32,000 nt of DNA, taken from NCBI RefSeq assembly GCF_000172995.2, contig NC_014731.1:1-32000 (forward strand). Reading direction: 5' to 3'. A model generated the notes under the pieces. That model ran no database searches. It saw only the letters and a program-made list of their open reading frames with translations, and was not told where the DNA came from. Origin of the DNA: Halogeometricum borinquense DSM 11551. Its GTDB lineage: Archaea > Halobacteriota > Halobacteria > Halobacteriales > Haloferacaceae. Below, piece after piece: positions 25,701-32,000 of this stretch. The position numbers and the translations under genes are program-made. Position 1 is the first letter of the stretch, and every line of letters starts with the position of its first letter.

Positions 25701-26970
25701 TCGCTTTCGGTCCCGAGAGGACGACGACCCCGCCATCGAGTGCATCGACGACCTCGTTGACGCTGACCCCCGCCGGTCCGTCGTCCGTTTCGGGGCCGTC
25801 GTCCGAGTTCGGGAACTCCCGCTCTGCTGCAGCCGTGTGTAACGTCTCTGGTTCCTCCCAGTGCCAGGCACCGACGAGTGGAGCGGAGCCGTACTCGTCG
25901 GGTCCGACCGCGGCCTTGTCCAGTGACGATCCGACTGCTCGCATGCCAGCTCGGATCTCCTCGAAGGCGGCACTCGCGTTGGTGATGGCTGTCTCGGTTT
26001 CGGGCTGGGCCGCCAACCGCTGGCCGATCTTCGTCCGTATCGACTCGGACGCGAACACCCGAAGGTGATCGATCGTTCCCGGTGGGAGATCGAAGGCGAT
26101 TTCGAGCGCTTCGGCGGCTCCCGCCAGCGGCCGATGGCGAACGAGCGGCTCGAACCACGCCGTGTCGTCGGCGGCGAGCGAACTCGCGACGAGAGCGAGT
26201 GCGGTGGCCACCGCTGGCGACAATGCAGTCGGGTCACGACCGGCGTCCTCGGCACGTGGATGGAGCGACGAGATGAGTTCGAATGTCGCCTCACCCAGTG
26301 GTTCGACCGTGATATCACAGTCACCGACCACCGTCCTGACATCCGGTCCGACCAGAACCGTTTCGGACCCGTACTGCGAGAGCGAGAGGAAGGCCGCGGG
26401 TGTGACGGTCTCCTCGATGGTCCCGACCCGCTCTTGGAGGCCCTCGTCCGCGAACTCGTAGTTAGGATAGGTGATGCGTTCGACGAGGGACGCGCGATCC
26501 TCGTTACTCAGTCCAGCAGGACGTCGGTGGCTGGTGCGCTTGCGGATTTCGTCGATCACATCGCTGCTCTCCGCAGGCGGCGTTCGAACCACGAGCACTG
26601 AATCGACCTGCCCGACGATGTCACTGGACATGGGGAGATCGCTTTGGCATAACCAGTCGAGACTCCGTGGCCGCGTTACGAGGACGGCACCTCCGGGACG
26701 AGCGAACAGGGCGTTCATGCTGGGCGGTTCTCCGTCCGTCGAGTAGTCTTCGTCGCTCAGATCGAACGTCGCCGCGACAAAATCGTCGATGACCACGAGT
26801 TCGTCGTCTTCGACGGCGCTTGCCGCCGCGAGGCGCTCGACGGACGGGCCGACCTGCCGCAGGTGATGTGACTTCCCAACGCTGGGTGCCCCGAGGACGA
26901 GTGTAACTTCGCCTGGGCTGACCGCGTTGCACAGTTCGCCAGGTGTGACCTCTCGAATAGCATCTTCCAT
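22738..26970 (-). CDS. 1410-aa tandem P-loop NTPase with a long alpha-helical repeat C-terminus (STAND/NLR-like architecture)
   Basis: The first P-loop has GAPSVGKS (26869-26892) with LVVIDDF about 28 aa later. The second has SGPKASGKR (about 25690-25716) with ALLICDDEF about 75 aa later. Residues about 660-1330 (22981-24993) carry at least six copies of a degenerate unit ending in DPVAFVAEVYGQA, DPVAFLDGVFGDA, HPVNYVSSVFGTA, DPAEFVASVYTRA, DPVGFLEEVYADI. There is no signal peptide. Confidence 0.85.
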   Translation of the reverse strand: MEDAIREVTPGELCNAVSPGEVTLVLGAPSVGKSHHLRQVGPSVERLAAASAVEDDELVVIDDFVAATFDLSDEDYSTDGEPPSMNALFARPGGAVLVTRPRSLDWLCQSDLPMSSDIVGQVDSVLVVRTPPAESSDVIDEIRKRTSHRRPAGLSNEDRASLVERITYPNYEFADEGLQERVGTIEETVTPAAFLSLSQYGSETVLVGPDVRTVVGDCDITVEPLGEATFELISSLHPRAEDAGRDPTALSPAVATALALVASSLAADDTAWFEPLVRHRPLAGAAEALEIAFDLPPGTIDHLRVFASESIRTKIGQRLAAQPETETAITNASAAFEEIRAGMRAVGSSLDKAAVGPDEYGSAPLVGAWHWEEPETLHTAAAEREFPNSDDGPETDDGPAGVSVNEVVDALDGGVVVLSGPKASGKRRLAANVATELTTWGATVRLSDLSRPDYIRVGIDATSDAVVVATYGAGPARITSDAGVRSLVEWVADGTCSGALLICDDEFREQFDAIADRTGCADVAAWRDRTEFELDDIAVAPDRTSRAVADDLLSAMDWPDTRHPSRLTLDVEKITDQSTLAAIAGMPDKDLDAAFVGRVLADAVAVVARTARPSAAKQWLALFDDLVGDVGLNRSDTDGAIRYRGAVSGTAMAAVASENPTTDEWIEAIADRAVALTNETATPPGRDSVGGDHEPFVGAFANALARLAWPTDGSGPNHGALACVDQVLHRTVDAGEISEEPGLTLRCRVYGAMTERIIETVADTTAADDAFAPVAALVQQAAATNEEGFAAFVIGNSFASTIGAVAGAACSPDNLSPWVDAFGSQIRDSVVFIQRQDNRAELLRHAYTGALGFWVFEHGCPDERIEPWLVAVGEDLCRTATTADLDDPVAFVAEVYGQAVRRVVAARNFDRAERLFGACDRLVDTVAASDFAAEAWTVRADLHAAALAAFASVEQSADGVNDGPYGIGALPFSDSPRFEDWIELYDRSVTRGAATETAHRERFLTAVYREALSTHVHGFDDDSSSKSSRRRVRDSASGISPRRERVWFEALTDRIETVAAAGDLVTDPVAFLDGVFGDAAVNWAANGEASVSQEWITSLARSFRECRWEIDGPTKMEWFDAFAEVDAAVLQTVVTRADIGNRSHDRLVQAVLSQVETGATAADNPPHPVNYVSSVFGTALALAVEAEPAEVRFGVTEVLTAAEERADFEWVGIERAGIFERIYARALAVVGRTNSDHANVETWLDVVTERIEATATRAVPEDPAEFVASVYTRAYVDTVEAVEDDTTTWRRRLDNELRAFAASASVDDPVGFLEEVYADIVVEGVKGGEPFEQIEAYVAAVRASIETAAEAGIVRTDDTLKRTFRRSADELSTANPRVSADYVARLDHGLREVVGDDLAAAAFESDGTAD

Positions 26971-27208
26971 GAATTCCCTACGACCGCTCCCGCCGACGAC
27001 TGCGTCCGGGCGGCAGACCCCGCCGAGTGTATCTCGTCAGTAAGTCTACTTGTGAGATAATTGTTTGCTGTTGGAATAGCCATCGACGAGTCACTGATAC
27101 GTCACCTGAAGATATTTTCCCGCTTGTCCACCAAGAGTCGCTATACAGTGTGACCAGCCGACGAGAGCACCCAAGAACGAGGATGCAAGGACACAACGAA
27201 ACCGGATA

Positions 27209-27700
27209 GTGGCCATCCCAAACATCTCGGATGACCGTCATCGAGTCGATACGCACTTCCAGCGTTTGTAGCTCATAGCGGGCCAACAGTCCAGCAATCC
27301 CAAGCTGCAGCGCGACGTATTCGGCGGTATTGTTTCCCGTCCGGGAGCTGACGGGACGGCCGAGCCGGGCGAGTTCGGTTTCGGTAGCGTCCATGATGAC
27401 CGCGCCTGCACCCGCTGGGCCGGGGTTGCCGCGTGAACTTCCATCGACGTAGAGGATGAACGAGTTGCCCGTCGGCTCCGGGGCCGGTGGCTGGCTGAGA
27501 TCCGACACCAGCACGCTGTCGAGCGCGCGACGCAACTCGGATGGGGTGGTTGTGGGATCAAACAGGCCACCATATCCGGGCACGGCGGCATCGATGGCGT
27601 CGGTGGCAGCTGCTATCTCGTAGCCGATACGTGCAAGTACCTCATCGACGAGCGTCGCGAGTGGTGAGCAGTGTTCGACCGGGAGCGGTTCCTCAGTCAC
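27209..27700 (-). pseudogene. rnhA: Type-1 RNase H, N-terminal two-thirds (gene disrupted, probably by inversion)
   Basis: From the GTG at 27698-27700 the sequence reads VTEEPLPVEH...SFILYVDGSSRGNPGPAGAGAVIM...TGNNTAEYVALQLGI...VRIDSMTVIRDVWDGH. This supplies the first Asp, the Glu and the second Asp of the RNase H DEDD set in canonical order. After His (27209-27211) the ORF continues to 26978 as non-RNase-H-like sequence. The track ORF's 5' extension to 27859 is antisense to the C-terminal fragment. Confidence 0.8.
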
Positions 27701-27705
27701 GCCAG

Positions 27706-27873
27706 CACGACGACCCGAGGGAATCGGGTGTTGAGACGTACAGCACAGCCATCGAAGCAGCACTAGCGACGATTCCAGAACACCGGTATACACATCTCGC
27801 TGACAGTGATCCGAATCCTGCTGACGCGTTGGCGACAGTGGGCGCCGATATCGCGGCATTGGGACCCGGGTAG
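27706..27873 (+). pseudogene. rnhA: Type-1 RNase H, C-terminal fragment on the opposite strand
   Basis: The last 55 codons of ORF 27541-27873 read HDDPRESGVETYSTAIEAALATIPEHRYTHLADSDPNPADALATVGADIAALGPG. The H-x5-N-x2-AD-x-LA pattern is the C-terminal catalytic His/Asp segment of RNase HI. It joins seamlessly to ...DSMTVIRDVWDGH from the minus-strand part. Confidence 0.7.
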
Positions 27874-28008
27874 GAGTTTGTTTAACAGATGGCGAGGAAC
27901 GCCTACGTCGGGATATTTTTTGCTTCTTAAGCGCGGCAGGAAGTCAAATATGGGAGTCGTACTAGCTTATTTTTGGATGACATTTATGTGCGTCTAGTAT
28001 CTGGATTG

Positions 28009-29142
28009 ATGCGGATGACTCAATTATCCAACCAGTTCACGTCGAGGAATCAATCGCGTCGCCGTTTTCTGACCAAACTGGGCGCCACGGGCGTCACCCT
28101 TGCAGGGATGGGTTCCACACTCGTCGATACGGCCACCGCAACTGCAGGCTACACCGAATTCGACGAGGTCTGGTGGGACCGCATCGACAACACCTGGTAT
28201 ACAAAATGGGAAGCACCCTCTGACTGGCCTCTTGACCTCAGCTCAGCGAACACGTACGACGCGGGTATCACTATCAGCCGTGTGCTCTACCTCGCTAACA
28301 TCACCGAACAACCCAACGGTAACTACAACTATGATACCCCTGGTTACGAGTACGAATTCGGCCTCAACTCGTTCGGCGTCGTCGCCGCCCGTCCCCGCGA
28401 TAGCGCCGACGGCTCCGGCCCCCTCGACGAACCAGAATCGGGCAAGCCCGCTTTCGAGAAGGCCTTCCACTCCAAACATACCCTCGAATCGAATATCGAG
28501 AACTACTCCGGGACGAACAACCTCTCCAGTATGCTCAATCCTGATCAAATCCATCTTCATCGGGGAGTCCCGGATGCGGTCGTTGAGGCATCCGGTAACG
28601 ACTGGTTGACCGACAAAGACCTCGAGAACGTCGATACCAGCGAGACCAACACCAAAATAGTCGGCGGCGCTGGCCTCGCACTCGGTGTCCTCGGTGCCAC
28701 CATCCCCAGCGGCGTCGGCCAAGTCGCCAGCGGCGCAAGTATCGCACTCTCCGCAGGAACGCTTGTGAGCGATCTCCTTGACACGGAACCTGGTAGCCAA
28801 CAGACGATGACTGACGACACCTGGAAACATCAACTCAAAGAGAATAACGACAAGTTCTACGGCGACCGCAAGAACATCGCTGGCTTCCAACACAGCGCCA
28901 ACCTTCCTCTATTCGTTCCCGAAGGCGAATCGATGGAGATCTCCTTCCGCGACCGCATTGAGTTCGACGGTGATGATCGAGGCACCTACATCCACGGCTA
29001 CCCCGTGGGGGCAGATGAGTTTATCAAAAACAACCTCGAAGACTCATTCACAGTTTCTATCCCAGCGAACGAGGTCGGCAAGGAAGCCGATATACCCAGT
29101 GTCACCGACAAATCTGGCACTGGGCCCCAGCAACTACCCTAG
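28009..29142 (+). CDS. Tat-secreted protein of unknown function
   Basis: The twin-arginine signal is NQSRRRFLTKLGATGVTLAGMGSTLVDTATA. I prefer the ATG at 28009 (or 28015) over the track's TTG at 27973. The mature part is acidic, with an internal Gly/Ala-rich hydrophobic stretch (GGAGLALGVLGATIPSGVGQVASGASIALSAG). Confidence 0.7.
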   Translation: MRMTQLSNQFTSRNQSRRRFLTKLGATGVTLAGMGSTLVDTATATAGYTEFDEVWWDRIDNTWYTKWEAPSDWPLDLSSANTYDAGITISRVLYLANITEQPNGNYNYDTPGYEYEFGLNSFGVVAARPRDSADGSGPLDEPESGKPAFEKAFHSKHTLESNIENYSGTNNLSSMLNPDQIHLHRGVPDAVVEASGNDWLTDKDLENVDTSETNTKIVGGAGLALGVLGATIPSGVGQVASGASIALSAGTLVSDLLDTEPGSQQTMTDDTWKHQLKENNDKFYGDRKNIAGFQHSANLPLFVPEGESMEISFRDRIEFDGDDRGTYIHGYPVGADEFIKNNLEDSFTVSIPANEVGKEADIPSVTDKSGTGPQQLP

Positions 29143-29719
29143 GTAGTACTGATTGTCGCGCTTGCAAGACATTTCTCTCGTTATATTAGTACCATTAAAT
29201 ATAAATCGGTTAGAATAAACACAAACCACAGTATTTTAGATTTTTTGTTATCTGGTCCTCTCCATCCGGCAAGTAGCTTGGAATGACTCTAACCCTCAAC
29301 AGCAAAGACACATCACGCTAGTATCTTCGGATCAACCCGGATGGCACGTTCCTCATCTCCACCCAGTGTAGGTAGAGTGGCATGACGTGGCAACGGAGGG
29401 ACTCACCATCCGGATGTTGACACAAGACACTGAAAGGACACACTCGCAGTTCTAACGACGGCTGCTTCAGCGGGATAGGATTTCAACACAACAGTCTAGC
29501 GTTTGTACTCCTCTGGAGTAATTTGACTCGGAGCAGCAGCCTTCAGGCGACTAATATCGGTCTCAGTGTACCGAATTCAGTGTCAGTCTCTTCCAGCCAC
29601 TTTGAGAGACCCTGAGCCTGCTGATGGTGACGGGATTCAGTGGGCGTGCTGCAGACAGGGTGCGTCTCTCGCACGAGGTCGATTCTCTGACCGGCGAGTG
29701 GTCAGAGGCGACGGTGCAG

Positions 29720-29932
29720 TTAGCGTAAGGTAGAAACGATAAGGAGGGCGAGAATGCCGAGTACAATAGCGACTGCCAACTTGAGCGCAAGTCTCATCCG
29801 AATACCAAGTAACCGTATCAAGAAGAAAACGACAGCAGTGGCAACTAGAAAGCAGGCAGCGAGTACGACAACACCCACGAGAGGCCCGATGTCTTCGGAT
29901 GATCCATTTCGAGGACGACTGGAATTAGTCAT
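29720..29932 (-). CDS. Small two-TM membrane protein (hypothetical)
   Basis: 70-aa ATG ORF with two hydrophobic helices (PLVGVVVLAACFLVATAVVFFLI and LAVAIVLGILALLIVS). Confidence 0.4.
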   Translation of the reverse strand: MTNSSRPRNGSSEDIGPLVGVVVLAACFLVATAVVFFLIRLLGIRMRLALKLAVAIVLGILALLIVSTLR

Positions 29933-30422
29933 TTAATAGAAGAGATCAGTGGTCAATACAATTAGTTACTGATGTGGATCCGTGAGTGGTCGCTGAATGT
30001 GCAGTCGGATAAGTAACCAGTCGAAGACAATACGATAGTGGCTCCTACCCCGGAGTCTCGAAGTCTGAACACATCGCTCAGCGGTTGACGTACCACACGG
30101 AGTTCTGGACATCGTGAAGTCACGTGGCTCTGGCTACGGACACAGCGTCTGCGGCACCGAACTCACGACAGTTGCGACGACAATCCTAGCACCGAAGGCG
30201 TGTTCCGGAAGAGAGGGCACTCAGCACCACCAACAGTGCGACTCTAGAGCGCCAGATTCGCTCTATACTGGAGTTTTCAGCGTGTACTCGCTAATTGAGA
30301 GCGCGAAACGAGCAGCAAATCCAAGCTGTTCAAAAGCAGCCCGGTGCTGTCATCCAGATCGGCTCACTAGGTACAGCGATACGAATTTCGTCAAAGTGAC
30401 ACAGACGGACGGCTTATCAGCC

Positions 30423-31616
30423 TTAGACGTTACCGTTGATGATGTCGGCGACCCGCTGACGGTCGAACAGTTGCTCCTCTTCGGGAACATCATGAATCGA
30501 TCCCGGCCACTCGCCGTACTCGTCGGGATACAGCTGTTTGGCGAGCGCCTCTGTTGAGAAGAGATCGATAATCGGCCCCATGTATTGGCCGCCAGTCCGG
30601 ACGAAGTTCCCGTTTTCGACGGCACGTAGTTGACTCAGCACGTCGTGGTCTTGTGCCGTCTCGACGACCTTCTGGAGCTGGGAGTCATCGATATACGAGA
30701 GGTAGCCGATCATCCCGATGTAGTCGGGGTCAACATCGAGGAGTTTCTCGATCCCAACCGGCTTGAACGGAACGTATTCTTCGCCCTGGAACGCATTGTT
30801 GACACCCAGCATCCGGAAACTCCGTGTATCGTTCCGTGGCGCGTCGATGTTCGCCGCGAAGAACTTCCCAGACTCGGGGTCGAACCCGAAGTTGAACGCG
30901 GCGACTGTCGGTTCGTCGCCTCCCGAGACGGGCACACGGGATTCAATGTCGGCGTAAAACGACTCCTTGAGAGTGACCCACGCCTCGTACTGAGCTTGGC
31001 GCTGGAAAATCTGTGCTGCCTTCTCGAACGCCTCGTAGAGCGTGTAGTACGGATCGCGTCCGCCGAATGGGAACCGAATCAGCGACCCGAGAATCGGGCC
31101 GACGTTCGATTCGATCTCTTCGAGGTCTTCGTCGTCCCACCCTGAGTACTTCTTCAGCATACGCGAGTCCATGAGATGGACGTCAGCGTCAACGTCGTAG
31201 AACACCTCCTTATCGTACTTCGATTCGGCCGATTCACCGAGCGTTCGGACGGCGTCGGCATCGAAATCGACGCCGGGGAGCGCATCGTAGTACTTCAGCG
31301 GGAGCCGGTCGAAGGCGGCGACGGCTTTCGGCTGGATGCCAAATCCCATCGCGATGTCCATCCACGCTCCGGGAATGCTCGCGTACGTTTCCGGGACTTC
31401 CTCGAACGTGTGGCGCCCCGCCGGCTCAATCGCCACCTCGTACGACGTCGGAGTGTCCGTCGGCGAGTTCGTCGCCGTGTCAGCCGCATCTGCCGGTGTT
31501 GGGTCACCACCATCGCTGGTGCATCCTGCGAGTAGACCCCCGCCGAGGATGGTACTGCCGCCCTGTATCATCTCTCTCCGCGTCGGAATCTCGTGAACGT
31601 CAGTCTCTGCTGCCAT
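30423..31616 (-). CDS. ABC-transporter substrate-binding lipoprotein, periplasmic-binding-protein type (FecB/BtuF-like, probably iron-siderophore)
   Basis: The signal is TRREMIQGGSTILGGGLLAGC (RR plus lipobox Cys), followed by a Thr/Asp/Pro linker. The mature part has the layout I associate with Peripla_BP_2 proteins (YEVAIEPAGRHTFEEVPETYASI, DKEVFYDVDADVHLMD, LLDVDPDYIGMIG). An iron-box-like operator overlaps its promoter. Confidence 0.75.
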   Translation of the reverse strand: MAAETDVHEIPTRREMIQGGSTILGGGLLAGCTSDGGDPTPADAADTATNSPTDTPTSYEVAIEPAGRHTFEEVPETYASIPGAWMDIAMGFGIQPKAVAAFDRLPLKYYDALPGVDFDADAVRTLGESAESKYDKEVFYDVDADVHLMDSRMLKKYSGWDDEDLEEIESNVGPILGSLIRFPFGGRDPYYTLYEAFEKAAQIFQRQAQYEAWVTLKESFYADIESRVPVSGGDEPTVAAFNFGFDPESGKFFAANIDAPRNDTRSFRMLGVNNAFQGEEYVPFKPVGIEKLLDVDPDYIGMIGYLSYIDDSQLQKVVETAQDHDVLSQLRAVENGNFVRTGGQYMGPIIDLFSTEALAKQLYPDEYGEWPGSIHDVPEEEQLFDRQRVADIINGNV

Positions 31617-31618
31617 GT

Positions 31619-31636
31619 TTTTAGGCTAGCCTAAAA
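31619..31636. promoter_or_regulatory. 18-bp perfect palindrome TTTTAGGCTAGCCTAAAA, a DtxR/IdeR-type iron-box-like operator
   Basis: The perfect dyad starts 3 nt upstream of the substrate-binding-protein start codon (31616). It lies between that codon and a TATA-like ttatata (31639-31646 on the plus strand). The core TTAGGCTAGCCTAA differs by one base from the TTAGGCTAACCTAA portion of the IdeR consensus as I recall it. Confidence 0.5.
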
Positions 31637-31763
31637 GTATATAACTATTTCTACCGGTCGATCAGACGACTACGAAAACGGGTCTCGACTACCCTGGCCT
31701 GTCCGGTCCAGCGGTGGGACTTGTGTCACTGCCACGGTGTCGTCCTCTTGATTCAATCGGGCA

Positions 31764-32000
31764 TCAGTCGGAGATGTTCCTCCCGTCACTCCCCGTCGTC
31801 TCCGCTTGTTCGGCCACGTATTCCTGTAACCGATCGTCGTCGATGACCTCAAGGAGGAGTTCCTCGTCGAGATGAGTAGCGAGCCGTCGGTGTGCACGTT
31901 CTCGACGATTGTCAATCTCTGATCGGTCGAGGTGAGTGGATTTGACGAACTCGATTTCGCGCTGGCGAATCCGTTGGAGTCGCTCCTGCTCGATGTCGTG
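31764..32000 (-). CDS. C-terminal part of a hypothetical protein (5' end beyond the window)
   Basis: The frame is open from the window edge to a TGA at 31764-31766. It translates to HDIEQERLQRIRQREIEFVKSTHLDRSEIDNRRERAHRRLATHLDEELLLEVIDDDRLQEYVAEQAETTGSDGRNISD, which is charged and helical and more protein-like than the track ORF 31670-31915 in another frame. Confidence 0.5.
   Translation of the reverse strand, partial: HDIEQERLQRIRQREIEFVKSTHLDRSEIDNRRERAHRRLATHLDEELLLEVIDDDRLQEYVAEQAETTGSDGRNISD

Noticed and set aside
24397-26342. 324-aa ORFs inside the giant NTPase gene: 24397-25371 on the plus strand and 25368-26342 on the minus strand in another frame. Also 22672-23757, 24003-24689 and 25529-26158
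   Set aside because: Their composition is dominated by Arg/Ser/Pro/Gly, which indicates off-frame translation of GC-rich coding DNA. The 1410-aa frame explains the whole region and contains the Walker motifs.
26978-27208. C-terminal 77 codons of track ORF 26978-27859, considered as part of RNase H
   Set aside because: The sequence after ...VWDGH (YPVSLCPCILVLGCSRRLV...) has no RNase H C-terminal features, and the true C-terminus is found on the other strand. The 5' 53 codons (27701-27859) are likewise antisense to that fragment.
29332-29420. Imperfect inverted repeat TCAACCCGGATGG / CCATCCGGATGTTGA separated by about 60 nt, in the 29.15-29.7 kb non-coding stretch
   Set aside because: It gives only 13 paired bases with a 2-nt bulge. 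There are no flanking target duplication, no second copy in the window and no RNA-family features, so the evidence is too weak to call a MITE or ncRNA.
30114-30557. 147-aa plus-strand ORF overlapping the 3' end of the substrate-binding protein gene
   Set aside because: It is Cys/Ser/Arg-rich and non-acidic, with no motif, and it overlaps a well-supported gene. It is most likely spurious.
1-32000. CRISPR arrays, tRNA genes and rRNA genes
   Set aside because: No regularly spaced direct repeats were seen. No cloverleaf-compatible T-arm (GTTCRAATC with flanking stems) or rRNA-like conserved blocks were found on visual scanning. A proper tRNAscan, Infernal or CRISPR-finder run would be needed to be definitive.

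Overview
The window looks like a mosaic accessory region of a GC-rich haloarchaeal replicon. Supporting signs are strongly acidic predicted proteins, twin-arginine plus lipobox signal peptides, and IS6-type ISH elements. All calls come from reading the sequence and the ORF track by eye; no searches were run.

Layout from left to right:
- 231-1019: a membrane protein gene.
- About 1.2-8.0 kb: a visibly AT-richer island. It holds a 770-bp ORF-free stretch with an ORB-like motif, a head-to-head beta-class DNA methyltransferase and GHKL/MORC-like ATPase, and a five-module CARDB-like Tat lipoprotein.
- 8868-10904: a HEAT-repeat protein.
- 11.3-12.4 kb: a decay zone with an integrase remnant, an ABC-ATPase remnant and a HepT toxin remnant, each carrying stops or frameshifts.
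- 12538-14343: a stand-alone SF1 (UvrD-like) helicase-type ATPase.
- 14.5-17.7 kb: two inverted IS6-family copies bracketing gene debris. One copy is frameshifted with no target duplication; the other is intact with a perfect 8-bp target duplication.
- 18556-22682: a roughly 1375-aa protein built from about 30 tandem 44-aa helical repeats, split by a 1-nt frameshift. It lies tail-to-tail with the next gene.
- 22738-26970: a 1410-aa tandem P-loop NTPase with its own unfamiliar C-terminal repeat.
- 27209-27873: a type-1 RNase H gene whose N- and C-terminal parts lie on opposite strands, consistent with a roughly 500-bp inversion.
- 28009-29142: a Tat-secreted protein.
- 30423-31616: a siderophore-type substrate-binding lipoprotein with an iron-box-like palindrome over its promoter.

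No rRNA, tRNA or CRISPR array was seen. The best candidates for something undescribed are the methyltransferase/GHKL pair and the giant NTPase/repeat-protein locus.
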